55,950 nucleotides of DNA, taken from assembly GCA_041695225.1 (NCBI GenBank), contig JBGFRI010000020.1, positions 1-55,950 of the forward strand, in the 5' to 3' direction. The position numbers and the translations under genes were made by a program. The notes beneath the pieces are model-generated. The model was not told the origin of the DNA, ran no database searches, and was given only the letters and a program-made list of their open reading frames with translations. This DNA comes from Deinococcota bacterium (GTDB lineage Bacteria; Deinococcota; Deinococci; Deinococcales; Thermaceae). This document shows, one piece after another, positions 20,180 through 32,358 of the stretch. The stretch's first letter is position 1. Every line of letters begins with the position of its first letter.

Positions 20180-21805
20180 TCAATTCTCGAGCAAATCCTG
20201 CAAAAGGGGAGTCGAGTTGGGGATGGGATATACCCGGTCCCGGCCTGCTTGTTTGGCTTCATACAGCGCCTGGTCGGCCTGCTCGAACCAGCGCTCTACC
20301 TCTTTCACTGAAGAGGGCACTGCACCGCCGGCAAGACCGCCCGAGACGCTCACCCTCCAGGCAATCGGTGCAATTTGCAGAGCCCAAACCTCGCTGCGGA
20401 TCCGCTCCAGCACTCCGTAGGCGGCCTCGAGGTCGGCCCCAAAAAAGACCAGACCAAACTCCTCGCCGCCCATACGCACCGCCAGGTCATCGCTGCGACT
20501 GGCCTTTCGCAGCAGCTCGGCCAGTTCTTTGAGCACCTTGTCGCCTACTGCGTGGCCGTAGATGTCGTTGACCCGCTTGAAGCGGTCAATGTCCAGCAGG
20601 GCCACGCTGACGGGCTTGCCTCGCAGGGCCGCCAGGCGAATCAGGCGTTGCATCCGGCGCTCCAGACCCCGGCGGTTCAATAGCCCGGTTAGCGGGTCGG
20701 TGTAGGCTTTGCTGCGCCATTCGTTTAAGGCCAGGGAGAGGCGTAGTCGCTCGGTGAGCAGTGGAGCCAGGACTTTCAACCCCCGTTCGTATTTCGGCGT
20801 GCTGGAAAAGTACAGCCGCCCTTCGGCAGGGTGCTCGAGGACTAGCTCAAAGGTATACACGTAGGGGCCACCCTGGCCTGCCCGAATAGTCACATCGGAA
20901 CGCACCTCCAGCCCCACCAGGTTGCCAAAAAGGGGTTTGAGGCCATTCAGCATATCTTGCAGTACTGCTTGAGGCGTGAGGTGCTGGGTGGTCTGGGTCT
21001 TGGTGGTCAGGCTCTCGAGTAAACTGACCCATAGCTCTAGCTGCCGTTCGGCTCTGGCTATGCGCCGGTAAGTCACCAGCCCAAACCCGCCCAAAACCAG
21101 CAGCACCGCGTAGCCCCACCATCCCAGGGTGGCGGGAAGGAAGTGGTGACTGGCTTGATCTAGCCCAACCGCCAGCAGAACCAGGCTGGTTAGCAGGCTG
21201 GTCAGAACAAACCCCAGCAACACCTTATCCATGCGGGCATCCCGAATCTCGAGGTAGCCTCCCCAGGCGATCAGGATGTATCCCACAGCCCAGGAAAAAT
21301 ACACAAACTCGGCGGGGGGAAAGCCCAGCCAGACCAGGCCAAAACTGCCAGCGGCCTTGAGCAGCAGCCCCAGGCCCCATACCAGGCGGGGCTCGCTGGC
21401 CTGCCCTCGCAGGGCGGCTTCCACCAGCGGGAGGGCCAGGACCAGGGGCAGCAGAGCGGCCAGCCAGACCGAGTCGGGCAGGCTGGCGGGGAGTGTGATG
21501 GTAACTACCACAACAAGGATAGGAGCCAGAGCCAGGGTCCAGCGGGGCTGCCCGGTCGGCCGTAACTGGCGCAGGGTTGCTACCCAGGCCGCCACCCCGA
21601 CCAGCAACAGGGTCTGAGAAGGCTTTAGCAGGCTTTCCAGGCCATAGTATGGCTCGAGCAGCCGAAATACACTGTGCAAAGCCCAGGCCAGCATCCCCAG
21701 GCTGGCCCACCTCCATGCGGGCTCACGTCTGGCCAGCTGCCACAGCATCAGACCGGCGGTGGCAGCCAGCAGCGTCAGCCCAATTTCGGGGTAGGTCCCG
21801 CTCAC
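20180..21805 (-). CDS. Membrane-bound diguanylate cyclase
   Basis: Multi-TM N-terminus, TDPLTGLLNRR, DIDRFKRVND, RSDD I-site, GGEEF, ADQALY.AK. Confidence 0.93.
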   Translation of the reverse strand: MSGTYPEIGLTLLAATAGLMLWQLARREPAWRWASLGMLAWALHSVFRLLEPYYGLESLLKPSQTLLLVGVAAWVATLRQLRPTGQPRWTLALAPILVVVVTITLPASLPDSVWLAALLPLVLALPLVEAALRGQASEPRLVWGLGLLLKAAGSFGLVWLGFPPAEFVYFSWAVGYILIAWGGYLEIRDARMDKVLLGFVLTSLLTSLVLLAVGLDQASHHFLPATLGWWGYAVLLVLGGFGLVTYRRIARAERQLELWVSLLESLTTKTQTTQHLTPQAVLQDMLNGLKPLFGNLVGLEVRSDVTIRAGQGGPYVYTFELVLEHPAEGRLYFSSTPKYERGLKVLAPLLTERLRLSLALNEWRSKAYTDPLTGLLNRRGLERRMQRLIRLAALRGKPVSVALLDIDRFKRVNDIYGHAVGDKVLKELAELLRKASRSDDLAVRMGGEEFGLVFFGADLEAAYGVLERIRSEVWALQIAPIAWRVSVSGGLAGGAVPSSVKEVERWFEQADQALYEAKQAGRDRVYPIPNSTPLLQDLLEN

Positions 21806-21963
21806 CTCTAAAACTTAGCACCGGTTCTGGCCAGTCTTGGTGTGAAATACTCTCCCCAAGCGTTACTATGACCGAAAGTCTCCGTTACCTGGGCATCCGG
21901 GGCGTAAACAAAATTCAGGCATGCAACCAGTGTCTCAGGAACCAGTTACGCTAAATTCAAGCC

Positions 21964-22437
21964 ATGGTCAAGGTTGTGCTCTACCAGCCCGAGATACCCC
22001 AGAACGCTGGCAACATCGCCCGTACCTGCGCGGCCACGGGTGCCCAACTGCACCTGATTCGTCCCCTGGGCTTCTTGTGGAACACCCCCAGGCTCAAGCG
22101 GGCCGGGCTAGACTACTGGTCCGAGGTGGACTATGTTCTGCACGATTCCTGGCAGGCATTTCTGGAAACCTTGCCCGGCCATTGCCGGGTGTGGGCCTTT
22201 AGCAGCAAGGTTTCACGGCTCTATAGCGAAGTATGCTATCAACCCGGCGATTACCTGCTCTTTGGACCCGAAAGCCGTGGTCTACCAGCCCAGGCGCTAA
22301 AGGGTTTTCCCAGCGTGAAGATACCCATGCCTGGCAAAGGTGGCCGCTCGCTGAACCTGGCGGTGGCGGTGGGGGTAGGGGTGTATGAGGCTCTGCGGCA
22401 GATAAAGCCACAGAGCTGGGTAGTCATAGGGCAGTAA
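21964..22437 (+). CDS. trmL: tRNA (cytidine/uridine-34-2'-O)-methyltransferase
   Basis: PEIPQNAGNIARTC, KRAGLDYW, FGPESRGLP, RSLNLA. Confidence 0.95.
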   Translation: MVKVVLYQPEIPQNAGNIARTCAATGAQLHLIRPLGFLWNTPRLKRAGLDYWSEVDYVLHDSWQAFLETLPGHCRVWAFSSKVSRLYSEVCYQPGDYLLFGPESRGLPAQALKGFPSVKIPMPGKGGRSLNLAVAVGVGVYEALRQIKPQSWVVIGQ

Positions 22438-22504
22438 AGGGCCGATTCCTCGAGCTTGATCGTTGTCTTTTCCCCAGGGGGCAAGCTACGGTGTCCGGCT
22501 CTAC

Positions 22505-23926
<1,422 letters not shown>

Positions 23927-23965
23927 CTACCTGTACACGGTAACTCAGGGCTGTCCCAGCCTCTT

Positions 23966-25228
23966 CTAGGGCGCGGGATTTGCTAAGGCAGCCGCTTCGG
24001 CAGCGCGTTTTTTGTCTCGCCGGATCCGCCACCAAAGATAGTAAACTGCCCCAACCCGCAAAATCATCGAGACCACTATGGGCAGATGGTAGGGGCTGGG
24101 AAACAGCCCGAGATGCTGGTGCAGGGTGCCAAGGGCCCCTCCCAGCAGGGCTCCCAGTATCCCGCCCAGCCCAAAGACCACCCAGTACCAGGCCAGATAG
24201 AGGTTGCGTTTTTCTGGCGTCGAGCTTTGCAGGGCCACATTGACCAGCGCGGTCCCGATTCCGCCCCAGGCCAGCGCATCGGCCACAGCAGCGATCCAGA
24301 TGGTCTGAAGTTGGCCCGGCCCAGCGGCCAGCCAGAGCGGCGGCAGCACCAGTGCAGCAATGCTGCTACACAGCAGCAAAACCTGCCAGTGCCCGATTGC
24401 ATCGGCCAGACGACCCCACAAAGGAGTCAACACCAGGCCACAGGCGGCTGCGATAAAGGTCCAGAGGCCCAGCTGGGTAAAACTCATCCGGGCGTACTCG
24501 AGGAAGAGCGGGAATACAAAGGGCCCGCCAATGCTGACCGCTCCCATAAACAACACCACAAATCCCAGAAAACCCCGAAACTTTCTGTCGGATAGCGGCT
24601 GGATAAACTCGCCAAAAGTGGGAGCTCGGCTTTCCAGCCTGGGCTCAAACTGTCGCCGCAAAATCAGGGTTGCGCCAAATCCAGCTACCACCGCTATGCC
24701 CAGCACCAGTAAGAAGCCCCAGGGCTTATCCATTGCGTCAATCAGGCTGCCAGCGGCCAGGTTACCCAGGGTGCCCACCAGGCCCAGCACCCCGTTACGC
24801 AAGCCGAAGTAGCGACCGCGCTCTTTTTCCCCAACCAGATCGGCCATCCAGCTCGTCCACAAAACGCTTACGGGCGAGACAATTAATAGCGACAGGGCAG
24901 CTATTAGCAACAAACCCGGAATGCGCCAGGGCTCGGGCAACAGGGGCAGCAGCAGGGTTAGTACAAAAAAACCTCTCCCGAATACAGACAAAGCGACACA
25001 AAGCCGTTTGCGACTAGCACGGAAAAATAGCGCAAGCGGCGCGGCTAGCTGCCCAACCAGGGGCAGCGCACCTAGCACTGCTAGAGCGGCCGGAGGCGCC
25101 CCTAACCAGAGCGCATAGCCAATCATGACCATGCCGGTGCTCCAGTTGATGAACAGGATGGCCAGCATCCCCTCCCAGATAGCCAGCCTTTGTGAACGGC
25201 GGGGTTCGCCGGGAGGCAGTTCGGTCAC
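23966..25228 (-). CDS. MFS transporter
   Basis: WMADLV..ERGRYFG.R, WGRLADAIG, about 12 TM segments. Confidence 0.87.
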   Translation of the reverse strand: MTELPPGEPRRSQRLAIWEGMLAILFINWSTGMVMIGYALWLGAPPAALAVLGALPLVGQLAAPLALFFRASRKRLCVALSVFGRGFFVLTLLLPLLPEPWRIPGLLLIAALSLLIVSPVSVLWTSWMADLVGEKERGRYFGLRNGVLGLVGTLGNLAAGSLIDAMDKPWGFLLVLGIAVVAGFGATLILRRQFEPRLESRAPTFGEFIQPLSDRKFRGFLGFVVLFMGAVSIGGPFVFPLFLEYARMSFTQLGLWTFIAAACGLVLTPLWGRLADAIGHWQVLLLCSSIAALVLPPLWLAAGPGQLQTIWIAAVADALAWGGIGTALVNVALQSSTPEKRNLYLAWYWVVFGLGGILGALLGGALGTLHQHLGLFPSPYHLPIVVSMILRVGAVYYLWWRIRRDKKRAAEAAALANPAP

Positions 25229-25394
25229 AAAATACGATTATTGACCGGTGGGTCAGTTTTGGGAAGGGGCAGGGGGTCTTATGGTGTTTATCATTTGCCC
25301 TGTGCCCTCGAGCGTCGTGGGCAACACACCACCAATTACCGTTACCTCTTACCGTTACCTCGCTTGCTCTGGTGAACCATGCTGGACCTAATCC

Positions 25395-26813
25395 CTACGG
25401 CACGGTTAAAACATGTTGCAGGGAGTTATAACCCGTAGCTGCCTCCCAGACGTTCTGGTTGGCCAGGCGGATAGCATACTCATAGCGGCTGGCCAGGCGG
25501 GGGGCAGGGTCGGGTAGGTGTAGCAAGACCTCGTATGCTCCAGCCGGCATATCGGGGGGCAGGGTGGCGTCTAGCACCACTGCCTGGGTACGATCAGGCG
25601 CCCAGCGGCGTGGGTCGGTGTTGATGGGAAAGACAAAAACCTGCCGGCTCGCCCGGTTACGCAGGATAATCTGTACGGGGCGGGGCCGGATGGGGTTGCC
25701 AAAGCCATCGTTGGCGATTTCCAGGCCCATCTCAAAACGCCCTCCGCGGCTCAGCTGCTCGGGAATAATGGCCCTTACCAGACGAAACCGATACCCAAGC
25801 CGGCGGGCAATCTCGTCGTAGCAGCCTTCCCGCCTCCAGCGGTCCAGCACCGGCCGGTACCAGGTTCCGCTGATCACCTGCCAGTTAAAGCGACGCAGCT
25901 CGGCCAGCGCCACCGCACAGCTTTGCCGGGCGTGCCCGAAATTGACCTGGCAGGTCTCCCCTGCCACCGGGACAAAGCGGGTGATCTGGTCTAGATAGGC
26001 TTTTTGCCGATCCCACTGGTTCCAGCTATAAGTTCCGGCATCGTTGTCGCCGGCCAGGAAGCAGTCGTTGTGGTGGCCGATCCGGGCCTGGCTGCTTCCG
26101 TTGAATGCCTGGCTGGCGGTAAGGGGCTGGGGGAAGAGCCGCTCGATGTCCTCCATATAGCGCAACTGCAGCGGGATGCTCTGGGGCAGGGCGGCCAGCA
26201 AGGCCCTGACGATCTGGTCTTCGCTCTCGGGCCGGTCGAGATTGTTGCTCGAGGTGTGCCACTCCCCCCAGTACCCAATAAAACCTGCCTGCATGGTCAG
26301 GATAATGTCCTCAAACTCGTGCCAGAGGGGCCGGAGCTGCTCGATGTGTTGCAGAACCCGATATAGCGGGGCATCCTCGAGGCCAGCCTTGCCGGGAAAA
26401 GCGTAATAGTGCCGAATAATCAACTTCACCCCAGCCTGCCGGGCGTTCTCCAGGCGCCTGCGCAGGTGATCCAGGTAGCTCTGAGGGATGGCGCTATTGC
26501 GGTATTCATACAGGCTGACGTAAACGAAAACCACGCTGGCCGGCAGATTGAACCAGCCCCCCGAGCGCACCAGGCGATAGTCGTTATACTCCTGCAACTG
26601 AAAAGCCACGTGAAAGCCCCGCTCGGGGTTGAGAAAATTCTCGTTGGAGGGAGCGTAGGTAAGGGTCTTGCCAGGCATGGGAGGCAGCACCGGAACGTCC
26701 CCCCCGCTGCCAGGGGGCAGCAGGTTTTGGAAGGCCGCGCCGCAGCCTGCCAGCACCAAAGCACCAGCCAGCCAAAGGCTCCTGGCCCAGGTGAGTCTGA
26801 TCGTGGTTATCAC
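25395..26813 (-). CDS. Lipoprotein with DUF4874/DUF4832 domains (glycoside hydrolase-like)
   Basis: Lipobox LVLAGC; NPERGF, QAGFIGYWGEWH, GHHNDCFLA, GETC, LGYRF. Confidence 0.8.
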   Translation of the reverse strand: MITTIRLTWARSLWLAGALVLAGCGAAFQNLLPPGSGGDVPVLPPMPGKTLTYAPSNENFLNPERGFHVAFQLQEYNDYRLVRSGGWFNLPASVVFVYVSLYEYRNSAIPQSYLDHLRRRLENARQAGVKLIIRHYYAFPGKAGLEDAPLYRVLQHIEQLRPLWHEFEDIILTMQAGFIGYWGEWHTSSNNLDRPESEDQIVRALLAALPQSIPLQLRYMEDIERLFPQPLTASQAFNGSSQARIGHHNDCFLAGDNDAGTYSWNQWDRQKAYLDQITRFVPVAGETCQVNFGHARQSCAVALAELRRFNWQVISGTWYRPVLDRWRREGCYDEIARRLGYRFRLVRAIIPEQLSRGGRFEMGLEIANDGFGNPIRPRPVQIILRNRASRQVFVFPINTDPRRWAPDRTQAVVLDATLPPDMPAGAYEVLLHLPDPAPRLASRYEYAIRLANQNVWEAATGYNSLQHVLTVP

Positions 26814-27017
26814 CGGGCCAGTCTATGGGGTGGTTTTAGCGCGACTGTGTTAGAAAAGCTAAAGCGAAATTAATCCCCATGGGTCACGAGACGGGATTCT
26901 TTTATCCAGCGCAACCCGCAGACTGCTCGAAAGTCAAAAGCGGCGGGGCCGGTGGTGCTGTAATGATGGGGGAAGGCAGCGACGCCCCGCTGGGTTTTTA
27001 CCTGTCTGGGGTCGGGG

Positions 27018-28250
27018 TCAGTCGGGCCAGTCTCCCAGCCCCTCGCGCTCCACAGCGTAGCCCGCCTGCTCGAGGCTCGCCACCACCTCGTCGCCGTGCT
27101 GGGGGTCGCGCACCTCCAGTACCAGCTCCACCCCCACCTTGCCCAGCGGGGCCAGCCAGAGGGCGCGGCGGTGAAACACGTCTATGATGTTGGCCCCAGC
27201 CCCCGCCACCTGGTTAATAACCCTGGCCAAAGCCCCCGGACGGTCTATCACCGAAAGCTTGAGAAGCAAATAGCGCCCCTGCCGCACCATCACCTGCTCG
27301 ATCACGCGGGAGAGCAGGTTGCCATCAATATTGCCCCCACACAGCACCGTGGCCACGGTCTGCCCAGCCTTTAGCGGCACCTTGCCCGCCAGGATGGCCC
27401 CCATCCCGGCAGCCCCCGCCCCTTCTACAACCAGCTTAAGGTTCTGGGCACAGTGCGCGATGCCGCGGGCGATTTCATCGTCGCTAACCTCGACCACCAG
27501 GTCTACGTGCTGCCGGATAAGGGGCAGGGTCAGGTCGCCGGGGCGCTTGACCGCGATGCCATCGGCGATGGTCTGGGCTACCGCAACGCTGATGGGCCCC
27601 CCAGCCCGCAGCGATAGATTGACCGGTGCACATCCCGCCGCCTGCACCCCCACAATGCGGGTTTGCGGTCGCAAGGTTTTGACCGCAGTGGCGATACCCC
27701 CAATAAGGCCTCCTCCGCCAATGGGCACTACCAGCACCTCCAGGTCGGGCAGGGCTTCCAGCAGCTCGAGGCCAATGGTGCCCTGACCGGCAATAATTTT
27801 ATCATCGTTGAAGGCATGTACGTAGGTGTAGCCGTGCTGCTGCTGGAGCTGGTGGGCATGGGCCACTGCATCGTCGAAGCTGGCGCCGTACAAGACCACC
27901 TCGGCCCCGTAGCGGCGGGTCGCCGCCACTTTGGTAAGGGGTGCGTACTGGGGCATCACGATGATAGCGCGGATGCCCTGTAGCCAGGCCGCCAGCGCAA
28001 CCCCCTGGGCGTGGTTGCCGGCCGAGGGCGCGATCACGCCCCTGGCTTTTTCTTCGGGGGTGAGCGAAGCAATTTTGTGGTAGGCCCCACGGATCTTGAA
28101 AGAGCCACCGCGCTGCAAACACTCGGCTTTGACAAAGAGCCTGACCCCCAGATCCTCGGAGCTAAGCGGGTCGGGCAGGGTAGGGGTGGGGGCAATCACC
28201 CCCCCAATCACCTCGCGGGCTGCCCGGATGTGCTGAAGCTGTACCGGCAT
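27018..28250 (-). CDS. ilvA: Threonine ammonia-lyase with C-terminal ACT domain
   Basis: GSFKIRGA, SAGNHAQG, PIGGGGL, GGNID, DRPGAL. Confidence 0.93.
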   Translation of the reverse strand: MPVQLQHIRAAREVIGGVIAPTPTLPDPLSSEDLGVRLFVKAECLQRGGSFKIRGAYHKIASLTPEEKARGVIAPSAGNHAQGVALAAWLQGIRAIIVMPQYAPLTKVAATRRYGAEVVLYGASFDDAVAHAHQLQQQHGYTYVHAFNDDKIIAGQGTIGLELLEALPDLEVLVVPIGGGGLIGGIATAVKTLRPQTRIVGVQAAGCAPVNLSLRAGGPISVAVAQTIADGIAVKRPGDLTLPLIRQHVDLVVEVSDDEIARGIAHCAQNLKLVVEGAGAAGMGAILAGKVPLKAGQTVATVLCGGNIDGNLLSRVIEQVMVRQGRYLLLKLSVIDRPGALARVINQVAGAGANIIDVFHRRALWLAPLGKVGVELVLEVRDPQHGDEVVASLEQAGYAVEREGLGDWPD

Positions 28251-28331
28251 GGGGAGATTGTATCGCTATTTTGCAGCACTAAAGGACCCAGGGCAGTCCC
28301 CCTTGCCGCCAGGACAGGTTCTGGTGGTCTA

Positions 28332-28589
28332 GAGGGCGTTCTGAGAAATCTCCTCTCCCCTTAGGTTGCGGCTTTGCCGGAATCGCGTAAGCGACTCGCC
28401 TCGGTGGGAGAGGCTGGGTGAGGGGGGTGAGCGCAGCGAACCATGACGTCTTTGGCATCATTCTACCCTCACCCCAACCCTCTCCCAAGCTTGGGAGAGG
28501 GGGCCCGGAGTGCCGCCCTTTCGGCTAGCGTGCTCATTAAAAAATTCTCCTGAAGAGAGTGGGTGTCCTGGTATTTTCTGAATGCCCTC
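28332..28589. mobile_element. Putative MITE with IS5-like terminal inverted repeats enclosing REP-type palindromes
   Basis: GAGGGCGTTCTGAGAAAT versus reverse complement GAGGGCATTCAGAAAATA (13/18); internal CCCTCACCCCAACCCTCTCCC...GGGAGAGGG. Confidence 0.55.
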
Positions 28590-28699
28590 AAGCTTCACCC
28601 CGTTCGTCAGCAGGTAAAGCCGTGGTTGATGAATTCATGCTGGGAAAACCGAGCCCCCTTCCGAGCACCCGGCATGTATAGGCTGTATAGCTACAGCAT

Positions 28700-28747
28700 G
28701 AATTAATCATCCGAATCTTCGGCCACTCCGTCACCCAGTCTATGGGA
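28700..28747. repeat. Dispersed copy of the 44-bp repeat found at 38222-38448
   Basis: GAATTAATCATCCGAATCTTCGGCCACTCCGTCACCCAGTCTATGGGA. Confidence 0.75.
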
Positions 28748-28784
28748 GCAAGAAATGCGTCGGCCTTTCTGCTATCCTGTTTCG

Positions 28785-30626
28785 ATGCTAGAACCGCGGC
28801 CCGAGATCAAGTCCCAGCTCAAAGAAACCATTGCCCAGGCCCTGGGTAGCCTTGGCCTGGACGAATTGCCAGAAATTGTGGTGCAGGAAACCCCCGCTGA
28901 CAAGGAAGGTGACTACGGCACCCCCGTGGCCATGAGCCTGGCCCGCAGCCTGCGAAAGTCTCCTGCCCAAATTGCCGCCGAGCTGGCACGAAACCTCAGG
29001 CCCCCGGCCTGGGTCAGTCGGACGTTTGTCGTAGGGGGCTACCTTAACTTCGAGCTAGACCCGGCTTTTCTGGTGCAGCTGGCTGCCCAGCCTATCGCAC
29101 CCCTGCCGCAGACCGAGGGCAAGGTGCTGCTGGAACACACTTCGGTCAATCCCAATAAAGAACTGCACGTGGGCCATCTGCGCAACATCTGTCTGGGCGA
29201 CTCGCTGGCGCGGATTCTGCGCTTCGCCGGGCGCAGCCTCGAGGTGATGAACTACATTGACGACACCGGCAGGCAGGCCGCCGAGAGCCTGTATGCCCTC
29301 GAGTATTTCGGCCTGGAGAGTGCTGGCACACAACAGAAGTATGACCACTGGGTCGGCGATGCCTACGTGCGGCTGCACCAGGAGATGGAAGACCCCCAGA
29401 AGAAAGCCCACATCGAGCAGGGCGTACAGAAGATACTGCACCGCCTCGAGCAGGGCCAGCTTCGCGACCAGGTGGACAAAATTCTGCGCGCGCAGCTACA
29501 GACTATCTACCGCCTGAAAGCCGAGTACCACGCCCTGGTATGGGAGTCGGACATCGTGCGGGAGGGCATCCTGGACCAGGCCATGAAGGCGCTGGAAGGC
29601 TCGCCCCACGTCCTGCGCCCTACCCAGGGCAAGTACGCTGGGGCCCTGGTTATGGATACCAGCGCCTTTATTCCCGGACTGGAAGACCCCTACCTGGTGC
29701 TGATCCGCTCCAACGGAACCTCCACCTACACCGCCAAAGACATCGGCCTGCAGTTCTGGAAGATGGGTTTGCTGGAGGGCATAAAGTTCCTGGAGTACGA
29801 CACCCAGCCCAGCGGCGCCAAGCTCTACACCACCCACCCCAAGGGAGTCCCCATGCCATTTGGCAGGGCCAGTGAGACCATTAATGTGGTGGATGCCCGC
29901 CAGAGCCATGCGCTGCGGGTGGTGCAGGCTTCACTGGAAGTGGAAGGGCGGCCCGACCTGGCCGAGCGCTGCTTCCACCTGGCCTACGAGACTGTGCTGC
30001 TGGAAGGCAGGCAGATGTCCGGGCGCAAGGGCATTGTGGTCTCGGTGGACGAGGTGCTGGACCAAGCAGTGAAGCGCGTGCTGGCGGTAATTGCCGAGAA
30101 AAACCCCGATCACCCCAGCCCCCAGGTGGCCGCCGAGCAGATTGGGGTGGGTGCGGTGCGTTTCGCCATGATCAAGGCCGAGGCCAAAAAGCAAATTGAT
30201 TTTCGCTACGACCAGGCTCTTAGCTTCGAGGGCGATACCGGCCCCTACATTCAGTATGCCTATGCCCGTGCGGGCTCTATTCTGCGCAAAGCAGAGGAGC
30301 AGGGTATTTTGCAGGAAAGGGCCGGCTTTACCCAGGCCACAGCCCACGAGACCGCCCTGGCTAAAGAGATCCTGCGCTTCCCCGAGATTGTGCTAGACGC
30401 CGCCCGGAACAAGGCCCCGCACATGGTGGCCCAGTATCTGTTAGAGCTGGCCGCTGCCTGGAGCAGCTTCTACAATGCCAAAACCCCCGACGGCAGACCA
30501 GCCACCCCCGTTTTGACTGCACCGGAAGGCCTGCGCGGAGTGCGGCTGGAACTGGTCAAGGCCCTGCGTTCTACCCTCAAAAAAGGGTTGGAACTTTTGG
30601 GTTTACAGGCCCCCGAGGTTATGTAG
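28785..30626 (+). CDS. argS: Arginine--tRNA ligase
   Basis: EHTSVNPNKELHVGH, MSGRKG, GDTGPYIQYAYAR, ends in PEVM. Confidence 0.97.
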   Translation: MLEPRPEIKSQLKETIAQALGSLGLDELPEIVVQETPADKEGDYGTPVAMSLARSLRKSPAQIAAELARNLRPPAWVSRTFVVGGYLNFELDPAFLVQLAAQPIAPLPQTEGKVLLEHTSVNPNKELHVGHLRNICLGDSLARILRFAGRSLEVMNYIDDTGRQAAESLYALEYFGLESAGTQQKYDHWVGDAYVRLHQEMEDPQKKAHIEQGVQKILHRLEQGQLRDQVDKILRAQLQTIYRLKAEYHALVWESDIVREGILDQAMKALEGSPHVLRPTQGKYAGALVMDTSAFIPGLEDPYLVLIRSNGTSTYTAKDIGLQFWKMGLLEGIKFLEYDTQPSGAKLYTTHPKGVPMPFGRASETINVVDARQSHALRVVQASLEVEGRPDLAERCFHLAYETVLLEGRQMSGRKGIVVSVDEVLDQAVKRVLAVIAEKNPDHPSPQVAAEQIGVGAVRFAMIKAEAKKQIDFRYDQALSFEGDTGPYIQYAYARAGSILRKAEEQGILQERAGFTQATAHETALAKEILRFPEIVLDAARNKAPHMVAQYLLELAAAWSSFYNAKTPDGRPATPVLTAPEGLRGVRLELVKALRSTLKKGLELLGLQAPEVM

Positions 30627-30862
30627 CTGCGCTGACACTCGGCGCAACAACTCTGCCACAATCCCGCAGTCGCCGTTGTTTATGGCGCTCTATACCCGCG
30701 TTTTGCGCCAGGCCGGGCAGATTAAGATTTGTTGAATATGCTTAAGGGTTCATTTTGTAAGCAAGACCTGTTGCCCAGAGACAAAATCCCCCATTAGAGG
30801 TTTGCTGAGGAGCCACTATTGATTACTCACCGTCGGCATATGAGAATGAAAGGGGATTGTTG

Positions 30863-31924
30863 ATGATACGTTTTATTTTCTTCTTCATTCTGTTGGTCCT
30901 GGTCCCGGCCTTCGCCCAGGCGCCCCGGCTCACTACCCCCGAGGAGGTAGCCAGGGTAGAGGTGATCCGTCGGGCGCTGCCCGCGGTGGTCAAGATCTCT
31001 GGTATTTTGCGCGATCCCCAGACCGGCAGCGAAGGCCCTACCAACGGGTCGGGCTTTTTTTATGCACCCAGCCGAATTATAACCAACTACCATGTGGTGC
31101 AGGATCTGCGCAACATCAGCGTGCAATTGTTTGACGGACGTTCTTTTCCTGCCCAGGTTTTCGCTGTAGATAAGGGCATTGATATCGCCATCCTGACCGT
31201 GCAGGGCGTGACTGCTCCCGCCCAGCTCACCTTTGGCAGCTCACAAAACTTGCCGGTGGGAATGGGACTGGTGGTAATTGGCAGCCCCTTCGGACAGCGC
31301 AACTTATCGTCTTATGGCATCCTGGCCGGAATTGGCCCTACTGCCGCTGCGAAGAACAACCTTGACCCCGAGATTGGTTCGGAAATTGGCGACCTGCTCT
31401 TCACCGATGCCCGCATCGTACAGGGCAATTCCGGTGGCCCGGTGCTCGATCTGCAGGGCCGGGTGGTTGGTGTGGCCAACGCCACCCTGGGCGACCTGAG
31501 CGGGATTGGGGGTGTGGGGGTGGCCATTCCGGGCGACCTGGTGCGGCAGAGTGTGGGAGACCTCGAGCGCTTCGGAGTTCCACAACGCGGCAACCTGGGG
31601 GCAACCCTGCTAGATCTGGACGAGCTGGACCCCATCTTGTTAGGACGGGTCGGGCTGCTCTCGCCCCGTGGAGCCATGGTCGAGACAGTGCAGCCCGGCA
31701 GTCCGGCGGCGCGGGCTGGCTTGCGTCCGGCCGAGCGCGACCAGCGTGGCAAGCTGGTCAGCCTGGGAGATATTATCCTGGCCGTGGGCGGGCGCACCAT
31801 GCGCAACGCCAGCGAGGTTACCCAGACCATTGCCCGCTTCCGCCCCGGAGACCGGGTAAACCTTACCGTCTGGCGCAATGGGCGGCGGCTGGAAGTGGCA
31901 GTGACCATGGTCGCGCGGCGCTAG
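30863..31924 (+). CDS. HtrA/DegP-family serine protease with PDZ domain
   Basis: Signal peptide, TNYHVV, DIAIL, GNSGGP, PAARAGL..GDII. Confidence 0.93.
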   Translation: MIRFIFFFILLVLVPAFAQAPRLTTPEEVARVEVIRRALPAVVKISGILRDPQTGSEGPTNGSGFFYAPSRIITNYHVVQDLRNISVQLFDGRSFPAQVFAVDKGIDIAILTVQGVTAPAQLTFGSSQNLPVGMGLVVIGSPFGQRNLSSYGILAGIGPTAAAKNNLDPEIGSEIGDLLFTDARIVQGNSGGPVLDLQGRVVGVANATLGDLSGIGGVGVAIPGDLVRQSVGDLERFGVPQRGNLGATLLDLDELDPILLGRVGLLSPRGAMVETVQPGSPAARAGLRPAERDQRGKLVSLGDIILAVGGRTMRNASEVTQTIARFRPGDRVNLTVWRNGRRLEVAVTMVARR

Positions 31925-32358
31925 CGCGACCCGGTTATGTAACCCTCGAGCGCAGCAATCATGAGTTCCTGCTGGGTCATGATGGCTTTGACTACGTCGC
32001 CAATGGAAATCAACCCGATTAGCTGGCCGTTTTCGATCACTGGCAGGTGGCGTATGCGATGGCTGGTCATCAGGTTCATGCAGTCGGCCACGGTAGCGTC
32101 GGGGTGGACGGTGATAAGGTTGCCAGTCATCACCTCCCTTACCAGGGTGTCTTTGGAAAATCGGCCCATCAGGATGATCTTGCGGGCATAGTCGCGTTCA
32201 GAAAAGATGCCTACCAGCTGGTCACCCTCCATCACCAGCAAGGCCCCCACCTCGTATTGCGCCAGACGCTTTAGGGCTTCAAAGACCGTTGCATCAGGCT
32301 GGATGGAATAAACCATATTCCCTTTGACCTGAAGCAATTGCCGTACCGTGCTCGTCAT
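31921..32358 (-). CDS. CBS domain pair protein
   Basis: GIFSERDYARK, IRHLPV, ISIGDVVK. Confidence 0.93.
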   Translation of the reverse strand: MTSTVRQLLQVKGNMVYSIQPDATVFEALKRLAQYEVGALLVMEGDQLVGIFSERDYARKIILMGRFSKDTLVREVMTGNLITVHPDATVADCMNLMTSHRIRHLPVIENGQLIGLISIGDVVKAIMTQQELMIAALEGYITGSR

